Below, piece after piece: positions 10,125-20,590 of a stretch of 64,000 bases of DNA. The stretch is taken from contig NC_135823.1 of NCBI RefSeq assembly GCF_964213995.1, positions 4,216,001 through 4,280,000 on the forward strand, read 5' to 3'. The position numbers and the translations under genes are program-made. How positions within the stretch are numbered: position 1 is the stretch's first letter; each line of letters opens with the position of its first letter. This DNA is from Mustelus asterias (taxonomy: Eukaryota). The notes under the pieces were generated by a model that saw only the letters and a list, made by a program, of their open reading frames with translations, did not search any database and had not been told where the DNA came from.

Positions 10125-10335
10125 TCAGTACCGGATAGAAATTCAGAACAGACAATTCTAGTTTCTATGGAATATACTTTCCTCTCTCATTCCCCAAAAG
10201 CTGTAAATCTCATCCCACACACTCTCCCTCCATTCTCACTCTGTTGTATCTAATATTCACCCTCCCAATTCTCCTGAAGGTGCTGATTGAGGCTGATTGA
10301 CAGATCCATGCTCACTGCTTCCTGTCCTGAACACA
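10125..10335 (-). other. Conserved ZNF-cassette non-coding block (5' UTR exon/intron)
   Basis: Near-identical copies at ~17295-17510, 27205-27420, 32183-32378, 41684-41900 and 45898-46108. Confidence 0.8.
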
Positions 10336-10393
10336 GAGAGTTGAAAATCTCCATGCAGACTGCCAGCCTAACAGAAATATCGCTATATTCCTC

Positions 10394-11220
10394 AAAGAAC
10401 AAAGAACAGTACAGCACAGGAAACAGGCCCTTCGGCCCTCCAAGCCTGTGCCGCTCCTTGGTCCAACTAGACCAATCGTTTGTATCCCTCCATTCCCAGG
10501 CTGCTCATGTGACTATCCAGGTAAGTCTTAAACGATGTCAGCGTGCCTGCCTCCACCACCCTACTTGGCCAGGCCCCCACCACCCTCTGTGTAAAAAACG
10601 TCCCTCTGATATCTGAGTTATACTTCGCCCCTCTCAGCTTGAGCCCGTGACCCCTCATGATCGTCACCTCCGACCTGGGAAAAAGCTTCCCTCTGTTCAC
10701 CCTATCTATATCCTTCATAATCTTGTACACCTCTATTAGATCTCCCCTCATTCTCCGTCTTTCCAAGGAGAACAACCCCAGTCTACCCAATCTCTCCTCA
10801 TAGCTAAGACCCTCCATACCAGGCAACATCCTGGTAAACCTTCTCTGCACTCTCTCTAACGCCTCCACGTCCTTCTGGTAGTGCGGCGACCAGAACTGGA
10901 CGCAGTACTCCAAATGTGGCCTAACCAGCGTTCTATACAGCTGCATCATCAGACTCCAGCTTTTATACTCTATACCCCGTCCTATAAAGGCAAGCATACC
11001 ATATGCCTTCTTCACCACCTTCTCCACCTGTGTTGCCACCTTCAAGGATTTGTGGACTTGCACACCTCGGTCCCTCTGTGTTTCTATACTCCTGATGACT
11101 CTGCCATTTATTGTATAACTCCTCCCTACATTATTTCTTCCAAAATGCATCACTTCGTATTTATCCGGATTAAACTCCATCTGCCACCTCTCCACCCAAT
11201 TTTCCAGCCTATTTATATCA
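10394..11220 (-). mobile_element. HER1/CR1 LINE 3' fragment
   Basis: ORF 10467..11195 ([24 protein letters not shown]); (TTTGTTC)n tail. Confidence 0.9.
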
Positions 11221-11311
11221 ACTAAAAATATTTTTAATGGATTATTTCGGTTAGTGAAGATACAGGGGATTGTGATTGATGATCTTGAACTTGCTGCCTA
11301 TGAGGGTGGTC

Positions 11312-12115
11312 ATAGAGTTTTACAGCATGGAAAGAGGCCCTCAGCCCATCGTGTTTCTGCTGGCCATCTAATCCCATTTTCCACACTTGCTGCATAACCT
11401 TGTATGCTATGGCATTTCAAGGGCTCATCTAAATACTTCTTAAATGTTGTGAAGGTTCCCACCTCTACCTTTCAGGCAGAGAGTTTCAGATTCCCAACAC
11501 CCTCTGTGGGAAAAGGATTTTCCTCGCATCTCCCATTAACCTCCTGCCCCTGAACTTAAATCCATGCCCCTGGTTACTGACCCCTCTGGTAAAGAGAAAC
11601 GTTCCTTCCTATCCCCCCTATTTGTGCCCCTCAGAATTTTATACACCTCAATCTGGCCCCCTTCACCCTTCTCTGCTCCAAGAAAAACAACGCCAGCCTA
11701 TCCAGTCTCTCTTGATAGCTGAAACCTTCCAGCCCAGGGAACATCCTGGGGAATTTCCTCTTTGCCTTCTCCAGTGCAAACACATCCTTCCTATAGTGTG
11801 GTGACTAGAACTGCACACAGTACTCCAGCTGTGGCCTAACCAGTGTTTTATACAGCTCCATCATAGCCTCCCTGCCCTTATATTCAATGCCTCAGTTAAT
11901 AAAGGCAAGTATCCCATGTGCCTTCTGAACCACCTTATGTACTTGTCTTGCTGTCTTCAAAGATCTATGGACATACACACCAAGGTCCCTCTGATCCTCT
12001 GTACTTCCTAGGATCTGACCATTTAATTCTGCATTCCCTTGCCTTGTTAATCCTCCCAAAATGCATTACTTCAAACCTTTCAGGACTGAAGTACATTTGC
12101 CACTGTTTTGCCCAT
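11312..12115 (-). mobile_element. Older CR1 LINE 3' fragment
   Basis: Degenerate RT C-terminal coding sequence and CR1-type tail at ~11312-11350. Confidence 0.7.
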
Positions 12116-12123
12116 CGAACTAA

Positions 12124-12280
12124 AGTTTCAAAGTTTATTTATTAGTGCCACAAGTAGGCTTACATTAACACTGAAATGAAGGTACTGTGAAAATCCCCTA
12201 GTCGCCACATTCCGGCATGTGTTCAGGTACATTGGGAGAGAATTTAGCATGGCCAATGCACCTAACCAGCATGTCTTTCA
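12124..12280 (-). mobile_element. Type-2 V-SINE 3' half
   Basis: AAAGTTTATTTATTAGTG...ACATTAACACTG.AATGAAG.TACTGTGAAAATCCCC tail. Confidence 0.7.
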
Positions 12281-12357
12281 TAGAAACACAGAAGCTAGAA
12301 ACAGGAGTAGACCGTTTGGCCCTTTGAGTCTAAGTCTGTTCCACCATTCATTTTGAT

Positions 12358-13548
12358 CATAGAAACATAGAAAACGACAGCACAAAACAGGCCCTTCGGC
12401 CCCACAAGTTGTGCCGAACACATCCCTACCTTTTAGGCCTACCTATAACCCTCCATCCTATTAAGTCCCATGTACTCATCCAGGAGTCTCTTAAAAGACC
12501 CTGTTGAGTTTGCCTCCACCACCACTGACGGCAGCCGATTCCACTCGCCCACCACCCTCTGTGTGAAAAACTTCCCCCCAACACCTCTCCCCTGTACCTA
12601 CACCCCAGCACCTTAAACCTGTGTCCTCTTGTAGCAGCCATTTCCACCCTGGGAAAAAGCCTCTGAGAGTCCACCTGATCTATGCCTCTCAACATCTTAT
12701 ATACCTCTATTAGGTCTCCTCTCATCCTATGTCTCTCCAAGGAGAAAAGACCGAGCTCCCTCAGCCTATCCTCATAAGGCATGCCACTCAATCCAGGCGA
12801 CATCCTTGTAAATCGCCTCTGCACCCTTTCAACCTTTTCCACATCCTTCCTATAATGAGGCAACCAGAACTGAGCACAGTACTCCAAGTGGGGTCTGACG
12901 AGGGTCTTATATAGCTGCATCATTATCCCCGGACTCCTAAACTCAATCCCTCGATTGATAAAGGCCAGCACACCATACACCTTCTTAACCACCTCCTCCA
13001 CCTGCGGGGCCGATTTTAGAGTCCTATGGACCCGGACCCCAAGGTCCTTCTGATCCTCTACAGTACTAAGAGTCTTTCCCTTCATATTGTACTCCTTCAT
13101 CCCATTTGACCTGCCAAAATGGACCACTACGCATTTATCTGGGTTGAAGTCCATCTGCCACTTCTCTGCCCAGTCTTGCATCCTATCTATGTCCCTCTGT
13201 AACTTGACATCCCTCCAGACTATCCACAACCCCACTAACCTTCGTGTCGTCGGCAAACTTACCAACCCATCCCTCCACTTCCTCATCCAGGTCATTTATG
13301 AAAATGACAAACAGCAAGGGTCCCAGAACAGATCCCTGGGGCACACCACTGGTGACCGACCTCCATTTAGAAAAAGACCCATCTATACCCACTCTCTGCC
13401 TCCTTTGGGCAAGCCCGTTCTGGATCCACAGGGCAGCAGCCCCTTGGATCCCATGCCCTCTCACTTTTTCTAGAAGCCTTGCATGGGGGACCTTATCGAA
13501 CGCCTTGCTAAAATCCATATAAACCACATCTACCGCTTTCCCTTCATG
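12358..13548 (-). mobile_element. HER1/CR1 LINE fragment (RT domain)
   Basis: [25 protein letters not shown] and KFADDTK motifs; frameshifted. Confidence 0.9.
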
Positions 13549-13549
13549 G

Positions 13550-14905
13550 TCGATCAACAGAGATCCTGATCCTCCTCTATCCCTTGATCCCTTTCGCCCC
13601 AAAGCTATATCTAAATTCTTCTTGAAATCAGGCAAAGTTTTGGCTTCAACTACATTCGGTGGTAGTGAATTCCACACTCTCTCGGTGAAGAAATTTCTCC
13701 TCACCTCAGTTCTAAAAGGTTTACCCCTTATCCTCAAACTATGACTCCTAGTTCTGGACTCCCCCACCATTGGTAACATTCTTTCTGAATCTACCCTGTC
13801 GACCCCTGTTAGAATTTTATGTTTCTATGGGGTTCCCTCTCACTCTTCCGAACTCCAGGGAATATAATCTTAAGTGACTTAGTCTCTCCTCATGATAGGA
13901 ATCAGCCTGGAAAACCTTCGCTGTACTCCCTTTATACCAAGGGCGTTGTTCCTCAGATAAGAACACCAAAACTGTACACAATACTCCAGGTGTGGCCTCA
14001 GCAATGCCCTATATAATTGCAGCAAAAAATCCCTATCCCTGTACTCAAATCCTCTCGCTATGAAGGCCAACATACCATTTGCCTTCTTTACTGCCTGCTG
14101 TACCTGCACGCTTACTTTCAGTGACTGATGCACGAGGACTCCAAGGTCTCATTGAGTATCTACCTCTCTGAATTTACATCCATTCAAGTAATAATCTGTC
14201 TTCCTATTATTGCTTCCAAAGAGGATAACCTCACATTTATCCACATTATACTGAATTGGCCATGCAGATGCCCACACGCTCAGCCTGACCAAATCATGCT
14301 GAAGCATCTCTGCATCCTCCTCACAGCTTACCCTCCCACCCAACTTTGTATCATCTGAAAATTTGGAGATAATACATTCAGTTCCCTCTTCCAAATCATT
14401 AATATATAATGTGAACAGTTGGGGTCCTAGCACAAATTCCTGCGGAACTTCACAAGTCACTGACTGCCAATCAGAAAAAGAACCATTTATGCCAACTCTT
14501 TGCTTCCTGTCTGCTGACCAGCTTTCTATCCATCTCAAGACATTACCTGCAATCCCTTGTACTTTACATAGTAGTCTGTTATGTGAGACCTTATCGAAAG
14601 CCTTCTGAAAGTCTAAATAAACCACATCCACTGGTTCTCTTCAGTCAACTCTACTAGTTGCAACCTCAATAAAATCCAATAGATTCGTCAAGCATGATTT
14701 CCCTTTTGTAATTCCATGCTGACTTTGTCTGATTATACCACTGCCTTCCAAATGCTGAGTTATGAAATCCTTGATAATAGAGTCGAGCAACTTCCCCAGC
14801 ACTGACGTTAGGCTCACTGGTCTATAGTTCCCTGTTTCCTCTCTACCTCCCTTTTTGAATAGCGGGCTTACATTAGCTACCCTCCAATCTGTAGGAACTA
14901 TTCCA
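13550..14905 (-). mobile_element. CR1 LINE fragment (second subfamily)
   Basis: NYRPVSLTSV, LDFQKAFDKVSH and KFSDDTKLGG motifs with frameshifts. Confidence 0.85.
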
Positions 14906-14906
14906 G

Positions 14907-15040
14907 AGACTGTGGGAGAAACCAGAGCACCCAGAGGAATCCCATGCAGACATGAGGAGAACGTGCAGACAGTGACCCAAACCAGGAAGCACACCTGGGT
15001 CCCTGGCGCTGTGAGGCAGCAGTGCCACCATGCCGCCCCA
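14907..15040 (-). mobile_element. Partial degenerate V-SINE
   Basis: HE1-like head and V-domain remnants. Confidence 0.6.
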
Positions 15041-16250
15041 TCGATTTCGTCCTGTAATCTAAGGCTTTGCTCTTTGGTATTTACCACATCAACAATTTTT
15101 GTGTCATCTGCAAACTTCCTGATCACACCTCCTACATTCAGATCCAGATCATTAACGTACACTACAAATAACAAGGGACCCTGCATCAATCCCTGCGGAA
15201 CACCATTGGACACAGGCATCCACTCAAAAAAACAACCTTTGGCCATTAACCTTTGCTCTTGCCATGAAGCCAATTTTGGATCCAGTTTGGCAAATTGCCC
15301 TGGATTCCATGGGCCTCCCATATGAGACCTTGTCAAAAGTCTTATTGAAGTCCATGTAGACTATGTCAACGGTACTACCCTCACCTATACACCAGGTCAC
15401 CGCCTCGAAAATTCAAATTTGTAAGACATGATCTCCCTTTGCCAAAACCATGCCCCCTATCCCTGATTAATCCTTCCCTCCCCAAGTGGAGATTAATTCT
15501 GCCCCTCAGATTTTTTCCAATAGTTTCCCTACTGCTGAAGTTAGACTCAGTGGCCTGTAATTTGCTGCTTTTTCCCTACTTCCCATTTTGACTAATGGTA
15601 CCACATCAGCTGCCCTCCAGTCCTCTCGCACCTCTCCTATGATGTGGAGATGCAGGCATTGGACTGGGGTAAGCACTTCTTACTATGCTTACCCCAGTCC
15701 AACCTTCTTACTGTGCTTACCCCAGTCCAACCTTCTTACTGTGCTTACCCCAGTCCAACCTTCTTACTGTGCTTACCACAGTCCAACCTTCTTACTGTGC
15801 TTACCCCAGTCCAACCTTCTTACTGTGCTTACCCCAGTCCAACCTTCTTACTGTGCTTACCAGTCCAACCTTCTTACTGTGCTTACCCCAGTCCAACCTT
15901 CTTACTATGCTTACCCCAGTCCAACCTTCTTACTGTGCTTACCCCAGTCCAACCTTCTTACTGTGCTTACCCCAGTCCAAAACCGGCATCTCCACATCAC
16001 TTCTTACCTCTCCTGTGGCCAGAGAAGATTTGAAAATTATTGTCAGAGTCGCTGCAATCTCCTCCCTTGCCTCCCACTGCAGCCTGGGATACATCCCATC
16101 GGGAGCTGGACCCGCTAAAACCATTAATACCTCCTCGCTCTCAATGTTAAGTTGTTGAAGTGAATCACAATGCCCCTTCCTGGTTTCCACACCTACATCA
16201 TCCTTCCCCACAGTGAATACAGATGCAAAGTATTCATTTAAAACCTCACC
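15040..16250 (-). mobile_element. CR1 LINE fragment hosting a pLTR-derived insertion
   Basis: EVLNEYFASVFT, IFKSSLATGEV, GVPQG and KFADDTK motifs. Confidence 0.8.
15640..15999. repeat. Penelope-pLTR-derived element: terminal inverted repeats enclosing ~11 x 28-bp tandem repeat
   Basis: Ends TGATGTGGAGATGC..TTGGACTGGGGTAAGCAC / GTGCTTACCCCAGTCCAA..GCATCTCCACATCA; unit TTCTTACTGTGCTTACCCCAGTCCAACC; ACCTCTCCT duplicated in the flanks. Confidence 0.85.
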
Positions 16251-16252
16251 AA

Positions 16253-16588
16253 TCATAGAATCATAGAAACCCTACAGTGCAGAAGGAGGCCATTCGGCCC
16301 ATCGAGTCTGCACCGACCACAATCCCACCCAGGCCCTACCCCCACATATTTTACCCGCTAATCTACACATCCCAGGACTCTAAGGGGCAATTTTTTTTAA
16401 CCTGGCCAATCAACCTAACCCGCACATCTTTGGACTGTGGGAGGAAACCGGAGCACCCGGAGGAAACCCACGCAGACACGAGGAGAATGTGCAAACTCCA
16501 CACAGACAGTGACCCGAGCCGGGAATCGAACCCGGGACCCTGGAGCTGTGAAGCAGCAGTGCTAACCACTGTGCTACCGTGCCGCCCA
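16253..16588 (-). mobile_element. HE1-type V-SINE, full length
   Basis: Near-identical to 6326-6699 and 48737-49088. Confidence 0.9.
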
Positions 16589-16697
16589 GTCCAATGTCTC
16601 CCAGCTCCACACACAAATTGCTACATTGCTCCCTAATGGACCCAGTTCTTTCCCTGGTCACCTCCTTCCCTTCATATACTTATAGACACCTTTGAAT

Positions 16698-17135
16698 GGC
16701 CTCACAGATGTTGTACAGAGGAGTAAGTTTTAGTCTGAAGCTCATTGGCCAACCTCCAGTCCTCCCACAATTCCTATTGGTCAACACCTCAACAGGAAGC
16801 TCTGGGGTTGGGCGCCCTTCCGCACATGCGCAGCTTTCCCTCCCCTTGGACATGCGCACTCCCGGTCCGGGAGGTCACCGAGCAGCTCCTCGCTCTGGCC
16901 GGATCCTCAGCCGGTTGCCTGGAAACCTTGGGTGCTGGAGGTGCAGAGGAGGGGGAGCGGTAGGTGGGGCGGAGTTCCCGTGTTCGCGCGCCGGAACCCG
17001 GAGACGTCACCGTGGAGCAGTGTTTCTATTGGCTGATTCAGACAGATCTCTATTGTGACGTCACAACGTGGAAGTTGGCCAATGAGCTTCAGGCTAAACC
17101 TTCCTCCTCTGAGCAACATCTGTGAGGAAATCAGT
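16698..17135. promoter_or_regulatory. Bidirectional CpG-rich promoter A with mirrored first exons (ZNF-1/ZNF-2)
   Basis: ~53-bp inverted repeat ending in outward-facing GTGAGG donor-like sites (16705 -, 17122 +); CCAAT boxes; CRE TGACGTCA 17056-17063; NRF1-like GCACATGCGCA 16822; GC box ~16966. Confidence 0.75.
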
Positions 17136-17882
17136 GTTTCTCCCTTTCCATTTCTTATTCTGGGGGAAATTGGGGACTTGCAGCAACTGAAGGAAAAGGA
17201 AGTGAATCCAGTCTGTATATTGCACACATTTTTAGTCCAGTCATAGAGACATATATCTGTCTGGCCGCCTGCATGGAGATTTCCAGCTCTCTGTGTCCAG
17301 GACAGGAAGCAATGAGCATGGATCTGTCAATCAGCCTCAATCAGCACCTTCAGGAGAATTGGGAGGGTGAATATTAGATACAGCAAAGTGAGAATGGAGG
17401 GCAAGTGTGTGGGATGGAAATAGACGGCTTTTCGGGAATAAAAGAGGAAAGAATGTTTTATAGAAGCTAAAATTATCTGTTCTGAATATATCCTGTACTG
17501 ACTGTGATGTCTGTTGTAAATTTATTTTACAGGCTACCAGGAGGTGAGGATTTACGGTCAAAAATCTCAAGCCAAATGTCATGTCAAGATCTGACAGAGT
17601 CACTCAATTTGTAGGGACCTGAATATCATCAGTCTTTGGAAGCAGACAGGACAGAGAAATATTTCTCTTCTTTATTCAAAGATTTAATATGAGTGTGACT
17701 AGAAAAGCACTGAGACACACACACCTGAGTGAGGGTGTTGCAATGCAGTGTGTGTGGAGCCTTAACTAGTTACACAGGCTAAAAAAAGTTGCAGCATTCA
17801 CAGTGGGAAGACACCGTGTTCTGTGTGTGGACGAGGCTTCAACTGATCATCAAACCTGGAGAATCACAAGGACACCCGCAGC

Positions 17883-19226
17883 ATGGAGAAACGATGGAAA
17901 TGCGGGGACTGTGAAAAAGGATTCAGGTTCCCGTCTGAGCTGGAAATTCATCGACGCTGCCACACTGGGGAACGTCCATTCACCTGCTCTGTCTGTGGGA
18001 AGGGATACATTCAGTTATCCAGCTTGCTGAGTCACAATCTCACTCACACCAGTGAGAGACCCTTTAAATGCTCTGACTGTGGGAGTGGCTTCAAAACTTC
18101 TGGAGAACTGGTGTCCCACCAACGCATTCACACCGAGGAGAGACCGTTCAACTGCTCTCACTGCACAAAGAGGTTTAGAAGGTCATCCAATCTGCAGGTA
18201 CACCAGAGAGTTCACACTGGGGAGAGACCATTCACCTGCTGTGTGTGTGGCAAGGGATTCACTGCTTCATCCAGCCTGATCAAACACAAAGGCACTCACA
18301 GCAATGAGAGACCCTTTAAGTGCACTGGCTGTGGGAATGGTTTCAAAAATGCTGCAGATCTGATGGACCACCAGAGCATTCACACTGAGGAGAGACCGTT
18401 CAGATGCTCGCACTGCACAAAGAGGTTTAGAAGGTCATCCACACTGCGGAGACACCAACAAGTTCACACCGGGGAGAGACCATTCACCTGCTCTGTGTGT
18501 GGGAAGGGATTCACCCGGTTATCCAGCCTGCTGAGTCACAATCTCACTCATAAGGAGAGACCCTTTAAATGCTGTGACTGTGGGAGTGGCTTCAAAAGCT
18601 CTGGAGAACTGGTGTCCCACCAGCGCATTCACACTGAGGAGAGGCCGTTCAGCTGCTCTCACTGCTCAAAGAAATTTAAAAAGTCGTCCAACCTGCAGGT
18701 ACACCAGAGAGTTCACACTGGGGAGAGGCCATTTAGCTGCTCTGTGTGTGGGAAGGGATTCACTCATTCATCCAGCCTGCTGGTACACCAGCGAGTTCAC
18801 ACTGGAGAGAGACCATTCACCTGCTCTGTGTGTGGGAAGGGATACATTCAGTTTTCCAACCTGCTGAGTCACAATCTGACTCATACCAATGAGAGACCCT
18901 TTAAATGCTCTGACTGTGGGAGTGGCTTCAAAACCTCTGGAGAACTGGTGTCCCACCAGCGCATTCACACTGAGGAGAGACCATTCAGCTGTTCTCACTG
19001 CACAAAGCGATTTAAAAGGTCATCCAACCTGCGGGTACACCAGCGAGTTCACACTGGGGAGAAACCATTCACTTGCTCAGTCTGTGGAAAGGTATTCACT
19101 CAGTCATCTGCCCTGCTAAGGCACCAACGAGTTCACACGGGGGCAAGACCATTCACTTGCTCCGAATGTGGGAAGGGATTCACTCGGTCATCCCACCTGC
19201 AGAGACACCAGCGAGTTCACAAGTGA
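17883..19226 (+). CDS. C2H2 zinc-finger protein ZNF-2, 16 fingers
   Basis: 447-aa ORF made entirely of C2H2 fingers; starts MEK, ends HQRVHK*. Confidence 0.92.
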   Translation: MEKRWKCGDCEKGFRFPSELEIHRRCHTGERPFTCSVCGKGYIQLSSLLSHNLTHTSERPFKCSDCGSGFKTSGELVSHQRIHTEERPFNCSHCTKRFRRSSNLQVHQRVHTGERPFTCCVCGKGFTASSSLIKHKGTHSNERPFKCTGCGNGFKNAADLMDHQSIHTEERPFRCSHCTKRFRRSSTLRRHQQVHTGERPFTCSVCGKGFTRLSSLLSHNLTHKERPFKCCDCGSGFKSSGELVSHQRIHTEERPFSCSHCSKKFKKSSNLQVHQRVHTGERPFSCSVCGKGFTHSSSLLVHQRVHTGERPFTCSVCGKGYIQFSNLLSHNLTHTNERPFKCSDCGSGFKTSGELVSHQRIHTEERPFSCSHCTKRFKRSSNLRVHQRVHTGEKPFTCSVCGKVFTQSSALLRHQRVHTGARPFTCSECGKGFTRSSHLQRHQRVHK

Positions 19227-19495
19227 TGACAGGTTCTGCTGTTATTGCTGCTGTTAATCACATGCAGGACTGAACCATGTTCATTCTGACAGCTGGTGAA
19301 GTGAGAGGTTGGAGGATTTCTTTCCGCTGGACTGGCTGGTCTCACGACTTTGCTTCCAGAGGGCTGATGCTCTTTGAGCCTGGGAGAGCAAATTTCCATT
19401 GAGATGATCCACAAAAGCTGATGAAGGACATTTATTTTATCCTTGATAATAAATAGTGTTTTTCCTACCACTACAGGTAGATCTAAAATAAATAC
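19227..19495 (+). other. Conserved ZNF 3' UTR with AATAAA
   Basis: Homologous to 8430-8721(-), 40415-40693(-) and 47335-47610(+), and partly to 33449-33612(+), 25750-25829(-) and 23775-23940(-); AATAAA at ~19487. Confidence 0.75.
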
Positions 19496-20479
19496 AGAAA
19501 GAACTGGAAAAACGCAGCAGGTCTGGCAGCATCTGTGGAGAGAGAAACAGAGTTAATGTTTCATGTCCAATGTAACTCTGCTTCAGAACTAAAGAGAGGG
19601 AGAAATGTGATGGGTTTGATGCTGGTGAGAGAGGGGGGAGGGGGGTCGGGTAGAACAAAAGGGAAAGTCAGGGATTGGTTAGAGGGCAGTGAGATTAAAT
19701 GTCAAAAATGACCTGGAACAAAAGGCAAAGGGAGAGGTAATGCTTGTAAAGAAACAAAGCAATTTTGTCACTAGATTACTTTAATTGGATCCCCAATTAC
19801 TTGTCCCACTCTTTGTCATTATCAGGAATTCAATAGAACTGTTTCATACGATCCCTTTATCTGATTCTATACAATCCCTTATTCTCACAGTTTCAAATGT
19901 TGAGGCTAATCAGAGCTTGAAGGTCTCTCTTGCCAGTACATTTATCTTCATTCCACATTCTTTACATACACAGCAATTAAACTTTTACATTTTTACAGCA
20001 AATAAAACTCGGTCTTTCACTATAACTATTGATTCATTAACTATAACTCAATCAAGGATCACCATTTATTCAATTTATCTTACTGACTGGCAGCTAGTTA
20101 TTACGGGAATCCTTAATACATCTATGATTTTATTTCTTACATAATACATAATACATTAATACAAGATACACTGGTTCAAAAATACACTGAAAAACAATAG
20201 CTTTCTTTCTGACTAATCTTGATCATATTGAGTAATCAGCCTTATTCCTGAGCCAGACTTTGATAGAACGTAACGTCCTTTGGCTTATCAGAGTTATTGA
20301 ATAATTTTTTTGTTTCAATAACTTCTGCTTCTTCAGCAGTGTCTAGAGGCATTTAGCTTTATACAGTATTAATTCCTGCAATAAAAATCTTGTCACATTA
20401 GAGTTTAACATGGCTTCCTTGACCGTGTTTCTTGCAACTGTGAATACAAATGAGAGTGATAATTTTTATTTCTGAGGTA

Positions 20480-20590
20480 CCGCTTCAGTTTCCTACATCA
20501 CAGCAGTGACCACACTTCAAAAGAACTTGGCTGTAAAACACTTTCCAAGATCTTGTGGTCATGAAAAGAGCTGTAGAAGTTGGATTTCTT
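20480..20590 (+). mobile_element. Old DeuSINE/L2-type 3' tail remnant
   Basis: CAGTGACCACACTTCAAAAG...TGGCTGTAAAACACTTT...TGAAAAGAGCT resembles AmnSINE/DeuSINE-type tails. Confidence 0.4.

Noticed and set aside
15677-15980. CRISPR array (28-bp repeats)
   Set aside because: Units are head-to-tail with no unique spacers, no cas genes, eukaryotic context.
19223-19290. C/D box snoRNA at the ZNF stop codon (GTGATGA...CTGA)
   Set aside because: The C-box-like motif is present only in ZNF-2 and ZNF-4 (others read TGATTA), overlaps the stop codon and has no terminal stem.
19480-19500. ZNF poly(A) signal donated by an antisense Penelope pLTR
   Set aside because: The same AATAAA is present at ~23780 and ~40420, where the downstream flank is not Penelope; origin ambiguous.
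8158-19761. ZNF pair as a giant TIR transposon
   Set aside because: No TSD or transposase, and the outer boundaries differ between units; inverted segmental duplication is more parsimonious.
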